Program-made: the position numbers and the translations under genes
DNA from: Macrostomum lignano
Taxonomy: Eukaryota
DNA: 64,000 bases
Reading direction: 5' to 3'
Assembly (NCBI GenBank): GCA_002269645.1
Contig: NIVC01000037.1
Location: forward strand, 1,054,001-1,118,000
Notes under the pieces: model-generated
What the model was told of the DNA's origin: nothing
The model's database searches: none
The model's input: the letters and a program-made list of their open reading frames with translations, nothing else
Part shown: piece after piece, positions 36,300 through 51,253 of the stretch
Layout: the number at the start of each line of letters is the position of its first letter
How positions within the stretch are numbered: the stretch's first letter is position 1

Positions 36300-36800
36300 A
36301 TGATTCACACAGAGTGCCAGAAAGGATCAGTGATTCACACAGAGTGACAGCAAGGATCAGTGATTCACACAGAGTGACAGCAAGGATCAGTGATTCACAC
36401 AGAGTGACAGCAAGGATCAGTGATTCACACAGAGTGACAGCAAGGATCAGTGATTGACAGAGTAACAACAAGGATCAGTGATTCACACAGAGTGACAGCA
36501 AGGATCAGTGATTCACACACAGTGACAGAAAGGATCAGTGATTCACACAGAGTGACTGCAAGGATCAGTGATTCACACAGTGACAGCAAGGATCAGTGAT
36601 TCACACAGAGTGACAGAAAGGATCAGTGATTCACACAGTGACAGCAAGGATCAGTGATTCACACAGAGTGACAGAAAGGATCAGTGATTCACACAGAGTG
36701 ACAGCAAGGATCAGTGATTCACACAGAGTGACAGCAAGGATCAGTGATTGACACAGAGTGACAGCAAGGATCAGTGATTCACACAGTGACAGCAAGGATC
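36300..36800. repeat. 30-bp minisatellite (CACACAGAGTGACAGCAAGGATCAGTGATT)n
   Basis: Direct tandem units just downstream of the otopetrin stop. Confidence 0.95.
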
Positions 36801-36832
36801 ATAACCAATAGTGAATACAAGTTTACAATCGG

Positions 36833-39800
36833 TCACATATGACTCATCTCCCTGGCAACGGCCAGGCTGTTTGCGCTGCCCGGATACCGGCCGGCAGCTT
36901 TGACTCCGCTGGCCCGCGGACTGTCGCAGTCGCCGATCTGCTGCTGCTGCTCCCCGGAGCTCCGGCGTCCCTTGTAGGCGTGTCGCCAGATGTCAACGAA
37001 GCAGCAGGCGGAGTGGAAGCGGAAGAAGATGATCAATGGCGAGCACACGTACGAGAAGATCTGCGAGGCAATCAGCACGTAGGCATCGTTGTAATTAGGC
37101 AGATTGTTGATCTCGCGAACCTCCAGGGTGTACACCACCCACAGGGCCAGGTTGCCTAGCAACAGAGCGGCGATCATCTCGCGGCCGGGCTTGCGCTCGA
37201 TTGCCTCGCTGGTGCTGGAGCGCCGCTTCTCGCCGTCCAACACGAGGAACACCTGGGAATGGGGGGGAGAGATGATTCTATGCTCACATGCAGATTGTCC
37301 CCAGATGACTCCATGCCTCACATATGGAATCCCCCCTCTAGTTAAGCCCCAAATCTTGCGATTACATGTAAAATGTCCCTAAATGACCTTCATTGTAACT
37401 TTGCCCTTAGTTGACCCTTTATCTCAGCTATTTATGTAAAATGCACCTAGATAATCCTCCAATCTGCACCTTTAAAATCTCAATTCCCTAGGCGACCCCC
37501 AATATTTACCTGTAAAATGTCCCTAGATGACCCCTAATATGCACCTGTAAGATGTGCCCGGATGATCCCCAATGTGTGCAGGTAAAATGTCCCTAGATGA
37601 CCTTCCCCCAAATGTGTATATGTAAAATGTCCCTAGATGACCCCCAAATGTGCACATGTAAAATGTCCCTAGAGGACCCCCAAATGTGCACATGTAAAAT
37701 GTCCCTAGATGACCCTCAAATGTGCACATGTAAAATGTCCCTAGATGATCCCTAATGCGCTACTGTAAGATGTCCCTAGATGACCCCCAATGTGCACATG
37801 TAAGATGTCCCTAGATGACCCCCAATGTGCACATGTAAAATGTCCCTAGATGACCCCCAATGTGCACATGTAAAATGTCCCTAGGGCCTAGATGACCTCA
37901 AATGTGCTCCTGTGAGATGTCCCTAGATGAACCCCAATGTGCACACATAAAATGTCCCTAGATGACCCCCAAATGTGCACATAAAATGTCCCTAGATGAC
38001 CCCCAATGTGCACATGTAAAATGTCTTTAGGGCCTAGATGACCCCCAATGTGCACATGTAAGATGTCCCTAGATGACCCCTCCACCGCAGACTAGCTCCC
38101 ACAGACTATCACAATCGCGCAGCACTCTCACCTGCAGCAGACTCTGCATAATGCATATAATTCCCTGAGTTAGCCGCAGCGCAAAAAACAGGCCCTTCTC
38201 GGAGAAGGCGCCAAACAGCTGAAACAGTTCGAACGCTAGCACGCCGATGAGCGTGATGCCTAGCAGCCAGGCATCCGGTCCGGTGCTCATCCGCTGCACC
38301 AGCGTCAGAGCCTGCATCTGCTTGTAGGCCACTATGCACAGCAGCAGATTGAGCGTCAGCAAAGCCAGATCAGTGCTCAAGTAGATGTACTTGCCAACAA
38401 TGAGATCTTCGGGCTGATCATTAATATAGATAGTGAAGTAGATGCCGGACACGATGCCAACAATCATCTGCAGAGCGCCCAGAAAGAATCCTTTATCGCT
38501 TTTATAACAACTAGCCGAGAAGCTGGTCTGCGCTTTCTTCCGATTTCTCAAACACTTTTTGCCAACATTGAAGCCCTTAGTCTGGATGACGTCGAGAAAC
38601 TTGCCGACATTGCAGTACAGAACGTAGCACGAGAACGCCGCCATGAGCGAGTACTCGATAGTGAACGGGAACAGGTAGGGCGCCATTCGCCAGAACACCT
38701 CCTTGGAGCAGTTCGCTGCGGCGGCAACGCTGTGGTCAAGCGAAGCGGCTTTAGTGGCCGTGACGACCGCCGCCAACCCGGAGGTGTTGGTGCCGTTGGC
38801 GTCGCCATAGTTACCGACTAGTTGGTGTTCAAGCAACGAACCAGCCGGTGTTGGCGAGGAATACGAGTGCAGAACTTTGGCCGCGTTCTTGTGCGCATTG
38901 TGGCCGGTCTCGAGCAGGATGGCTTGGAACCAGACGCACATGTTGGTGGCCATCAGGTGCATGAAGCCCAGGACTGACACCTAATGGGGGGCATTTAGAA
39001 TGCAGACAGATGCAACAATTATCTAATAATATGCTCGAGAGTTGAGGGGCGATTCTCGGAGGCAGTTGAGGGGCGATTCTCGGAGGGAGTTGAGGGGCGA
39101 TTCTCAAAGGGAGTTGAGGGGCGATTCTCAAAGGGAGTTGAGGGGCGATTCTCAAAGGGAGTTGAGGGCGATTCTCGGAGGAAGTTGAGGGGCGATTCTC
39201 GGAGGCAGTTGAGGGGCGATTCTCAGAGGAAGTTGAGGGGCGATTCTCGGAGGGAGTTGAGGGCCGATTCTCGGAGGAAGTTGAGGGGCGATTCTCGGAG
39301 GCAGTTGAGGGGCGATTCTCGGAGGCAGTTGAGGGGCGATTCTCAGAGGAAGTTGAGGGGCGATTCTCGGAGGGAGTTGAGGGCCGATTCTCGGAGGAAG
39401 TTGAGGGGCGATTCTCGGAGGCAGTTGAGGGGCGATTCTCGGAGGAAGTTGAGGGGCGATTCTCGGAGGGAGCTGAGGGGCGATCCACGAGGGAGCTGAG
39501 GGGCGATCCACGGAGGGAGCTGAGGGGCGATCTACGGAGGGAGCTGAGGGGCGATCCACGGAGGGAGCGGAGGGGCGATTCTCGGAGGGAGTTGAGGGGC
39601 GATTCTCAGGAGTTGAGGGGCGATTCTAAGGAGTTGAGGGGCGATTCTCGAAAGGAGTTTTCATGGGTAAATTTTCGTCTTAAATTGACGAAAATGAGTG
39701 AATAATGAAAGAAATGACAACAGTCTCCTAGAAAGGAGAAATTGAAACTGCTCACCTTATGATAGATATTAACAGACACCTTGCTATACTTGAAAATAAA

Positions 39801-42108
39801 GAATGTCTGCAACACGGTGAATGCGATGCTCAGCGCATATTGAATTAATTGCACTGCCGCTTTCCCGCCGCCAACGCAATGATTGCTGAGCTCAGTCAGC
39901 GTGTCGACAATTCTTAGAAAGTCGTGCGTCACCTTCAAAGCGCCGAAGATGAAACAGGCAACCCGAAGGAAGAACGAAGGCGAATGAGACTCCTGCAGGG
40001 ACAGCACTGAGTAGGCCTGAATCTCGTGCACTCCGAGCTCTTTAGCATTTTGAATCAGAGTTGAGTTGATTCTCTTCATGTAGGCCTTCTGGCGCCCGAT
40101 CGTGTCCAGGTTGGAGCCGTGGGTGACGCTGTTCTGCACGTCGAAGGTGACACCGACCTGACTGCTGTGGCCAGCCGACATGCCGGACGCTGTTGTCCGC
40201 TGATGCTCGGCGATCTCCGGCTCCTGCAGCTCAATCTGAGTGTGCCCGGTGGCGCCGTTGCATTTTAAACTGTGCTGATGATTCTGCTGCTGCTGATTGC
40301 ACTGTCTGCTTCCGTCCTGAGAATTGTTTTAGCAAAATCTTTGTTAATTTGCCTTTAAAGGCGCTTTTTCAGAGCGCTCTTAGATGAGCTTTGTTGCTGG
40401 GGTGTTTGGGGGTATCATTTAGTAATTGAGGTTATGCTTGCATGCGATTCCCAATCGAGGGAATTCGAAGGGGTATTTTTCTACAATGGGCTTGGAGGCG
40501 ATTCCCAATTGAGGGAATTTAAAGGGGTATTATTCTACGATGGACTTGGAGGCGATTCCCAATTGAGGGAATTTAAAGGGGTATTTTTCTACGATGGGCT
40601 TGTGGCCGATTTCGAATCGGGAGAATGTTTTTGGGAACATATTAATTAATAAACCGATTATGAGTTATTGGCATTGTTGAATTGCATGTACACACAGGTT
40701 AGTTTAGCACTTAGCAATACATTTTTACACAAATTACTATGCTATAACTCAGGCAATTGTTGCATCAATAAAAAAGCACGCCAACACAAAATAAGCAGGT
40801 CAAAAATAATCACGGGTGCAAAGCGTGCGTCTTTAGCGTTAATAAAATTTATAGGCAAATCAAGAATCTGACAATTTTCTTCGATTAACCACACCACGCC
40901 ACAAAGTGAACGGTGCAATACGAATCCAGTTTTAGAGAAATCGTTTATCACATTTACACGATTACAAACCTCAACACCAAGCAGTGCTTGACCCTGAAAA
41001 GGTGTATTAGCATAGTAAACAAGAGATATAGACTATGAGGAATGATAGAAAATTTCAAATGCGTTAAATAACTTTAGTACAGAAGGGAGTTCACAAGCTC
41101 AAAGCTTCACACAGTCTCAAACCATTCACTCCATAATTTCAAAGCTTCACACAGTCTCAAACCATTCACTCCACAATTTCAAAGCTTCACACAGTCTCAA
41201 ACCATTCACTCCACAATTTCAAAGCTTCACACAGTCTCAAACCATTCACTCCACAATTTCAAAGCTTCACAGTCTCAAACCATTCACTCCACAATTTCAA
41301 AGCTTCACACAGTCTCAAACCATTCACTCCACAATTTCAAAGCTTCACACAGTCTCAAACCATTCACTCCACAATCTCAAAGCTTCACAGTCTAAAACAA
41401 TGAACTTCACTATTTCAGAGCTTCACCCACCTCTTTGCCGTGAAAATTGTGATTACTCTCTGACACTGAGAATCGGCCAATTCGAAACTCAACCCGACCG
41501 CCGCCGCTATTCCCAGCCGCCGCAGCCGCAGCCGCAGCATTACCTGGCCGCTCGGACTCCTGCAGTCGGACCAGTTCACCCGAACAGCCCGGATTCTCGA
41601 CAAACAATTTATGAGACGGCCTGCTCATCACCCAGATCATGAAGAATAGCAGGAATGCGATAGCGGACGAGTGCAATATGATGTAGAAGGCGCACAGGTA
41701 CCACTCGGAGTAGGGCTTCGCTCGCACGTAGCTACTCAGAGGAAAGATCAGGCCGAATAGGGTTAGGAAGATGGCGTACAGCATGGCCATCTGGTTGAAT
41801 CTGGCAGAGTTATCGCCGCCGCCGCCGCCGCTTTCATCGCCAGACCGGCGCGGACGGCCTCCGTGAGCGTCGTCCTCCATGCGCCTCGGGCCCAGGTCGG
41901 CGAAATCGCCAACAGATTCTGAGCGGCTGCCGACTCTGTTGCCGCCGAGGTCTGCGCCGCTGCCGCCGCTGTTCTCGTCAGTGCGGCTCAGCTGTCCAGT
42001 TTTGAGCAGATGCGGCAGATGAGCCAAAACGTGAAAGGCGCCGCCTGTGCCAGTTGTACTGTGGTAGGAATGGCGAGTCTCCGAGTTGCGACTGGCCGAG
42101 GGAAACAT
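36833..42108 (-). CDS. OTOP: Otopetrin-family proton channel; exons 42108-41632 (3' end uncertain), 40316-39756, 38980-38132, 37252-36833
   Basis: Motifs GSxFLRVACFIFG, FFIFKYSK, LGFMHLMATNMCVW, PYLFPFTIEYSL, GFFLG, RKPGREMIAALLLGNLALW, PLIIFFRFHSACC are characteristic of otopetrins. The last two introns are clean phase-0 GT-AG; the first donor is ambiguous. Confidence 0.9.
37430..38080. repeat. 35-36-bp minisatellite filling an otopetrin intron
   Basis: (GTAAAATGTCCCTAGATGACCCCCAAATGTGCACAT)n. Confidence 0.93.
39040..39655. repeat. 24-bp minisatellite (GAGTTGAGGGGCGATTCTCGGAGG)n in an otopetrin intron
   Basis: Direct tandem units. Confidence 0.95.
41097..41393. repeat. 40-bp minisatellite, about 7 units, in otopetrin intron 1
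   Basis: (TCAAAGCTTCACACAGTCTCAAACCATTCACTCCACAATT)n. Confidence 0.95.
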
Positions 42109-42310
42109 CTCTCTGTAGCCAGCCACCGGACGCTGAACTTTTACGCTTCGGTGTTCGACTTTCCGAGCTGAAATTGAAATTTTCTGTTGTTTTCTAGGAA
42201 ATATCGAAGAAATCGTTTGGCAATAGCTAGTGGTGGACAATTAAGGCCTTTTAAAACTTTTGAATGATAAATATCTAATGGGCTTGGCTAGAATACAGGA
42301 TCAGGTAGAT

Positions 42311-42465
42311 CATTCTGCTGACCCCTGAGCAACATGCAAGCGGGCCAATACTGTACGAAGGCACAGCACTCAAACACACGCTCACACAGGGTGTACAGCA
42401 GCCCTGACCTTCTTATCGTCAGGCATGTACACTCTCTGTGCCTTGGGGGTTGGCCCATCATGGCT
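42311..42465 (+). repeat. Dispersed repeat with a conserved hairpin (other copies 19531-19590 +, 51829-51978 +, 52105-52255 -)
   Basis: Shared core CGCTCACACAGGGTGTACAGCxGxCCTGAC-loop-GTCAGGCATGTACACTCTCTGTGCCxTGGGGGTTGGCC. Confidence 0.85.
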
Positions 42466-43002
42466 GTGAATCGTAAGACACCTGTTAGGCCAATTTTCGT
42501 GCACACAACACAAGCCACAAATGAATGACATTGCACGGAATGGAACCAGGGGGGTTCTTGACCTTATTCTGGCAGGCAGTTTGCTGGAGCCAAAATTCCA
42601 AAGGAAGGAATGCAAATAATGATTATGAGTAAGTTGTAATTCATTCGCGTTTCGCATGCCCCAGTAAGGGCAATTCGCGAAAGGAAGTAAACAGAAGAGC
42701 TTGCATTGCAATGAGACTATTTTCTACGCATTAGGCCATCTGCAAGCTGCGCAGCTGTGCCAAAGAAAAGAGCAAAACGAACCTATTTAGTAGTGGAAAG
42801 GAAATATTAAAGTCTCTAAACAGATAAGGCTGGAATGCGCCGGCTCCGTCTCGCACAAGCCAGTCAGCACAGGGAAGAGGCATTTTACCGCAGTGCGTAA
42901 TTAATTACTAGTAATATATTCTATAAATAACTCTGACTAAGTGATTCACTGTCAATACTTTTAGAAAACTTTGTTCAGAATATATTGAGATATATTCAGA
43001 TA

Positions 43003-44220
43003 TGGCAGAGTCTGTATCTCAAAACTGGTAGAGCCTGTATCTCAAAACTGGCAGAGCCTGTATCTCAAAACTGGCAGAGCCTGTATCTCAAAACTTCCAT
43101 AGCCTGTAGCTCAAAACTGGCAGAGCCTGTATCTCAAAACTGGCAGAGCCTGTATCTCAAAACTGGTAGAGCCTGTAGCTCAAAACTTGCATAGCCTGTA
43201 TCTCAAAACTGGCAGAGCCTGTATCTCAAAACTGGCAGAGCCTGTATCTCAAAACTGGTAGAGCCTGTAGCTCAAAACTTGCATAGCCTGTAGCTCAAAA
43301 CTTGCATAGCCTGTATCTCAAAACTGGCAGAGCCTGTATCTCAAAACTGGCAGAGCCTGTATCTCAAAACTTCCATAGCCTGTAGCTCAAAACTGGCAGA
43401 GCCTGTATCTCAAAACTGGCAGAGCCTGTATCTCAAAACTGGTAGAGCCTGTATCTCAAAACTGGCAGAGCCTGTATCTCAAAACTTCCATAGCCTGTAG
43501 CTCAAAACTGGCAGAGCCTGTATCTCAAAACTGGCAGAGCCTGTATCTCAAAACTGGTAGAGCCTGTAGCTCAAAACTTGCATAGCCTGTATCTCAAAAC
43601 TGGCAGAGCCTGTATCTCAAAACTGGCAGAGCCTGTATCTCAAAACTGGCAGAGCCTGTATCTCAAAACTGGTAGAGCCTGTAGCTCAAAACTTGCATAG
43701 CCTGTAGCTCAAAACTTGCATAGCCTGTATCTCAAAACTGGCAGAGCCTGTATCTCAAAACTGGCAGAGCCTGTATCTCAAAACTTCCATAGCCTGTAGC
43801 TCAAAACTGGCAGAGCCTGTATCTCAAAACTGGCAGAGCCTGTATCTCAAAACTGGCAGAGCCTGTATCTCAAAACTGGTAGAGCCTGTAGCTCAAAACT
43901 TGCATAGCCTGTATCTCAAAACTGGCAGAGCCTGTATCTCAAAACTGGCAGAGCCTGTATCTCAAAACTGGCAGAGCCTGTATCTCAAAACTGGCAGAGC
44001 CTGTATCTCAAAACTTCCATAGCCTGTAGCTCAAAACTGGCAGAGCCTGTATCTCAAAACTGGCAGAGCCTGTATCTCAAAACTGGCAGAGCCTGTATCT
44101 CAAAACTGGTAGAGCCTGTAGCTCAAAACTTGCATAGCCTGTATCTCAAAACTGGCAGAGCCTGTATCTCAAAACTGGCAGAGCCTGTATCTCAAAACTG
44201 GCAGAGCCTGTATCTCAAAA
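43003..44220. repeat. 23-bp minisatellite (AGCCTGTATCTCAAAACTGGCAG)n with higher-order variant blocks
   Basis: Direct tandem units with recurring ttgcat/ttccat variants. Confidence 0.97.
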
Positions 44221-44707
44221 GTAACTTGAAAGGATCCATCTAAAGTAACTTTCTCACACTTATCAACCATAAATAGCAGTCTTATTACGAGTAATTGCAG
44301 CACTTACCAAATACGTAAAATTCCCTTAGTTAAATATAAATTTAGTAGACACTACTAGTATAGATGGCTTGGTATTCGTAGTGAGACAATGCAAAGCAAA
44401 TGAGATGAAAAAAACTGTATCATTCTCTTATCGTGCGTTGGGCGAGAGAACTTGTTGCTATTTCACAAACAAAACAAGGCCACGGCCAAATATGAATACA
44501 TAAGGCCGAGGGACGCATCTTATTTACCAGTAGGAGCTTTGCTATTGGCTGAGCGTTTAATCAACGAACTCTGCCACAAGAGCACCGCATGCTGTGACAG
44601 AAAAATGGTTCGAGTAACTATGCATTCCTGACTGTGCCGTTTAGATACTAGCTATTGCAAGTACGTCTTGCTCCTGCTTTTTACACAGGACAACTGCATT
44701 TTAGTTC

Positions 44708-46005
<1,298 letters not shown>

Positions 46006-46639
46006 GATTTCTCAATTTATCAGTAAACCGATCAGTTTTATAGTAACATAAAATGGATAATAATTATCACTAATCCCAAAAAACACACCTACTTCTAGTA
46101 GTAAAAATTGGAAAAGGACTAAGAAGTCAAAAAACAGTTCCCTTGACAAATGCTAGCAATTTATTTACTCTAAAGTGCCTTTCATACTAACACTGTAGGC
46201 ACCATTGTGTTTCTTTGCAATCTTTCGCATTGAAAAGCATGCAGGCAGCGGAAATGCATGAAAATAAGCATAGTACGCTACGTTCAAGATGAAGACGATT
46301 ATTTAAATTGATGAGCAAATAAACATCAGATAGACTCGAACAGACATGCAGACAGAAGAAAACACAGACTGCAAATTGAAATGCGCACACAATTTTAATG
46401 AGAATTTTCGCAGTAGATACAGCGGTTCAGGGCAGTAACATTTACTAAGCTAGGATAAAATTCGCCTCCTTTGAATTTTGGGCACATCAATATTTATTTC
46501 GTAGTAAACAAAAACTACGAAAAGGCAGGTTTTACTCGCTTGCTAATTAGTTAACTTTTTCATTTAACAAGCGGTTTATACAAGAACGGATTGCACAGTG
46601 CTGGCGATATAAACTACTAGCTATATAAGTAGCCTAAGA

Positions 46640-48540
46640 GAAGGGAATCAGTGACAGAATTCCACAGCATCTCATGAGGGAATCAGTGACAGAATTCCAC
46701 AGCATCTCATGAGGGAATCTGTGACAGAATTCCACAGCATCTCATGAGGGAATCAGGGACAGAATTCCACAGCATCTCATGAGGGAATCAGGGACAGAAT
46801 TCCACAGCATCTCATGAAAGAATCAGTGACAGAATTCCACAGCAGCTCATGAGGGAATCAGTGACAGAATTCCACAGCATCTCATGAGGGAATCAGTGAC
46901 AGAATTCCACAGCAGCTCATGAAGGAATCAGGGACAGAATCCCCTACAACTCCTGAAGGAATCAGGGACAGAATCCCCTACAGCTCATGAAGGAATCAGG
47001 GACAGAATCCCCTACAGCCCATGAAGGAATCAGGGACAGAATCCCCTACAACTCCTGAAGGAATCAGGGACAGAATCCCCTACAGCTCATGAAGGAATCA
47101 GGGACAGAATCCCCTACAGCCCATGAAGGAATCAGGGACAGAATCCCCTACAACTCCTGAAGGAATCAGGGACAGAATCCCCTACAGCTCATGAAGGAAT
47201 CGAAGACAGAATCCACAGCATCTAATGAAGGAATCAGGGACAGAATCCCTACAGCTCATGAAGGAATCAGGGACAGAATCCCTACAGCTCATGAAGGAAT
47301 CGAAGACAGAATCCACAGCATCTAATGAAGGAATCAGGGACAGAATCCCTACAGCTCATGAAGGAATCGGGGACAGAATCCACAGCATCTAATGAAGGAA
47401 TCAGGGACAGAATCCCTACAACTCCTGAAGGAATCAGGGACAGAATCCACAGCATCTAATGAAGGAATCAGGGACAGAATCCCTACAACTCCTGAAGGAA
47501 TCAGGGACAGAATCCCCTACAGCTCATGAAGGAATCGGGGACAGAATCCACAGCATCTAATGAAGGAATCAGGGACAGAATCCCTACAGCTCATGAAGGA
47601 ATCAGGGACAGAATCCCTACAGCTCATGAAGGAATCGAAGACAGAATCCACAGCATCTAATGAAGGAATCAGGGACAGAATCCCTACAGCTCATGAAGGA
47701 ATCGGGGACAGAATCCACAGCATCTAATGAAGGAATCAGGGACAGAATCCCTACAACTCCTGAAGGAATCAGGGACAGAATCCACAGCATCTAATGAAGG
47801 AATCAGGGACAGAATCCCTACAACTCCTGAAGGAATCAGGGACAGAATCCCCTACAGCTCATGAAGGAATCGGGGACAGAATCCACAGCATCTAATGAAG
47901 GAATCAGGGACAGAATCCCCTACAGCTCATGAAGGAATCGGGGACAGAATCCCCTACAGCTCATGAAGGAATCGAAGACAGAATCCACAGCATCTAATGA
48001 AGGAATCAGGGACAGAATCCCTACAGCTCATGAAGGAATCGGGGACAGAATCCACAGCATCTAATGAAGGAATCAGGGACAGAATCCCTACAACTCCTGA
48101 AGGAATCAGGGACAGAATCCACAGCATCTAATGAAGGAATCAGGGACAGAATCCCTACAACTCCTGAAGGAATCAGGGACAGAATCCCCTACAGCTCATG
48201 AAGGAATCGGGGACAGAATCCACAGCATCTAATGAAGGAATCAGGGACAGAATCCCCTACAGCTCATGAAGGAATCGGGGACAGAATCCACAGCATCTAA
48301 TGAAGGAATCGGGGACAGAATCCCCTACAACTCCTGAAGGAATCAGGGACAGAATCCCCTACAACTCCTGAAGGAATCAGGGACAGAATCCCCTACAGCT
48401 CATGAAGGAATCGGGGACAGAATCCACAGCATCTAATGAAGGAATCAGGGACAGAATCCCTACAGCTCATGAAGGAATCGGGGACAGAATCCCCTACAAC
48501 TCCTGAAGGAATCAGGGACAGAATCCCTAGAAGCTCCTGA
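46640..48540. repeat. 33-34-bp minisatellite (GAAGGAATCAGGGACAGAATCCCCTACAGCTCAT)n
   Basis: About 55 units of several variant classes, ending just downstream of the PIGF stop. Confidence 0.96.
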
Positions 48541-48591
48541 GTGATTGATGCAGCTATGTTTATTACACAAGAAAACAATAGTCTAGTAAGT

Positions 48592-50980
48592 TCAATCTAA
48601 TCGTCTTCGATTTTTCTTGCTCGCTCCGCCAGTCAGCCGGACAGCGGCGGTTCCGCCGGCCCACACGGCGAGGCCGAGGCCGGCGCCGGCGAGGCAGCCT
48701 GCGCAGCCAGGAATCGGCCAGCGCTGCCACCAGCGGTCCCAGTCTAGCGGCACGGCAACGGCCGAACAGTAGGAGCCCAAGATGGCCAAATCTGCCATGT
48801 AGGAGGCGGCGCCGCTAGGGAAGGCTAAGAAGTTGGCGAATGATAGGGCGTTCAAATCGTCGAACGGAGTGATGTATAGGAAAGGCAGAACAGTCAGGCT
48901 GGCTAGGAGCAGGCTGAATGCGAATGTGCCACCAATTTCGCTGAAGTAGGTTGGGTGCGCGTAAACAATTAAAGCTGCTTTAGGAGAATTTTGGTGGTCA
49001 GAAGAGGGTCAGTGGCAGTGGTCAGGAGAGGGTCAGTGGTGATGGTCAGGAGAGGGTCAGTGGCGGTGGTCAGAAGGGGGTCAGTGGCAGTGGTCAGGAG
49101 AGGGTCAGGGTCAGGAGAGGATCAGTGGCAGTGGTCAGGAGAGGCTCAGTGGCAGTGGTCAGCAGAGGGTCAGGGTCAGGAAAGGGTAGGAGAGGCTCAG
49201 TGGCAGTGGTCAGGAGAGGGTCAGGGTCAGGAGAGGGTCAGGAGAGGCTCAGTGGCAGTGGTCAGGAAAGGGTCAGGGTCAGGAGAGGGTCAGGAGAGGC
49301 TCAGTGGCAGTGGTCAGGAGAGGGTCAGGGTCAGGAGAGGATCAGTGGCAGTGGTCAGGAGAGGCTCAGTGGCAGTGGTCAGGAGAGGGTCAGGGTCAGG
49401 AAAGGGTCAGGAGAGGCTCAGTGGCAGTGGTCAGCAGAGGGTCAGGGTCAGGAAAGGGTAGGAGAGGCTCAGTGGCAGTGGTCAGGAGAGGGTCAGGGTC
49501 AGGAGAGGGTCAGGAGAGGCTCAGTGGCAGTGGTCAGGAAAGGGTCAGGGTCAGGAGAGGGTCAGGAGAGGCTCAGTGGCAGTGGTCAGGAGAGGGTCAG
49601 GGTCAGGAAAGGGTCAGGAGAGGCTCAGTGGCAGTGATCAGGAGAGGGTCAGGGTCAGGAGAGGGTCAGGAGAGGCTCAGTGGCAGTGGTCAGGAGAGGA
49701 TCAGTGGCAGTGGTCAGAAGAGGGTCATTGGCAGTGGTCAGAAGAGGGTCAGTGGCAGTGGTCAGGAGAGGCTCAGTGGCAGTGGTCAGGAGAGGGTCAG
49801 GGTCACGAGAGGGTCAAGAATTTCCGAATAAAACAAGCGAGTTCTCACCTGAAAAATGGAGCGCCAAACATGACGGCTAAAAAGTGGTAGTAGAAAACCG
49901 AAGCAATGAACCAATAGACTCGGTAAGATAGTTTGCCCATGATTGCCAGCATGCAAAGGACCAAAAACAATTGTAACGCTTGATAAATATATTCGAGTAT
50001 GAAATGAGCAATGCTTCTGAGTGGGGGAAATCCTTTTATGTTGTTTAGGGGGCGATTCTGCCATCCAAACTGTCTATGTGGCGATTCTTCCATCCAAACT
50101 GTCTAAGGGGCGATTCTTCCATCCAAAACTGTCTAAGGGGCGATTCTTCCATCCAAAACTGTCTAAGGGGCGATTCTTCCATCCAAAACTGTCTAAGGGG
50201 CGATTCTGCCATCCAAACTGTCTAAGGGCGATTCTTCCATCCAAAACTGTCTAAGGGGCGATTCTTCCATCCAAAACTGTCTAAGGGGCGATTCTTCCAT
50301 CCAAACTGTTTAAGGGGCGATTCTTCCATCCAAAACTGTCTAAGGGCGATTCTTCCATCCAAAACTGTCTAAGGGGCGATTCTTCCATCCAAAACTGTCT
50401 AAGGGGCGTTTCTTCCATCCAAACTGACCAAGGGGCGATTCTTCCATCCAAAACTGTCTAAGGGGCGATTCTTCCATCCAAAACTGTCTAAGGGGCGATT
50501 CTTCCATCCAAACTGTCTAAGGGGCGATTCTTCCATCCAAAACTGTCTAAGGGGCGATTCTTTCATCCAAAACTGTCTAAGGGGCGATTCTTCCATTCAA
50601 ACTGTCTAAGGGGCGATTCTTCCATTCAAACTGTCTAAGGGGCGATTCTTCCGTTCAAACTGTCTAAGGGGCGATTCTTCCATTCAAACTGTCTAAGGGG
50701 CGATTCTTCCGTTCAAACTGTCTAAGGGGCGATTCTTCCGTTCAAACTGTCTAAGGGGCGATTCTTCCGTTCAAACTGTCTAAGGGGCGATTCTTCCGTT
50801 CAAACTGTCTAAGGGGCGATTCTTCCATCCAAACTGTCTAAGGAGCGATTCTTGCGTGCTGTCTGTCTAGGGGTCAAGTTTCCTACGTATTCGAGAAGCA
50901 GTACTTATATCATTTAGTAGAAAAACAAAAATAGGTAAAAAGTGATTTTTTCTTACGAACGTACTATTAGTAGACATCAT
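48592..50980 (-). CDS. PIGF: GPI biosynthesis protein PIG-F (Gpi11); exons 50980-50887 (tentative), 50032-49849, 48940-48592 (208 aa)
   Basis: HFLAVMFGAPFF-S-EIGGTFAFSLLLASLT and AVAVPLDWDRWWQRWPIP match PIG-F motifs (LYGAP, PLDWERPWQVWP). The phase-2 intron 49848-48941 is clean GT-AG; the first exon is inferred from phase compatibility only. Confidence 0.88.
49000..49815. repeat. Composite GTCAGG/TCAGTGGCAGTG minisatellite filling a PIGF intron
   Basis: 24-bp and 12-bp subunits in recurring order. Confidence 0.93.
50045..50845. repeat. 29-30-bp minisatellite (AAACTGTCTAAGGGGCGATTCTTCCATCC)n
   Basis: About 27 direct units between PIGF exons. Confidence 0.95.
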
Positions 50981-51253
50981 GGTAAAATGAACCGGTTTTT
51001 ATTCATATATTTTTAAAAGTTACCCAACTAATTGAAACATTAAAGCTTACGCCTTACTGTTACCATTGCTACATTGAATTATTACAAAAAACGGATTAAT
51101 TTATCGCAATAAAAACAACTTCTTAGATGAATTAAAACCCGATTTGAGTGAACTCTTGCTCACCAAGCAAACAGTTGAGAAAAAAACTTTATGTCATCAG
51201 TATCATATACTTATACTAAATACGGTTCTTGAGGATCCTGCGCTTCAGCCAAA

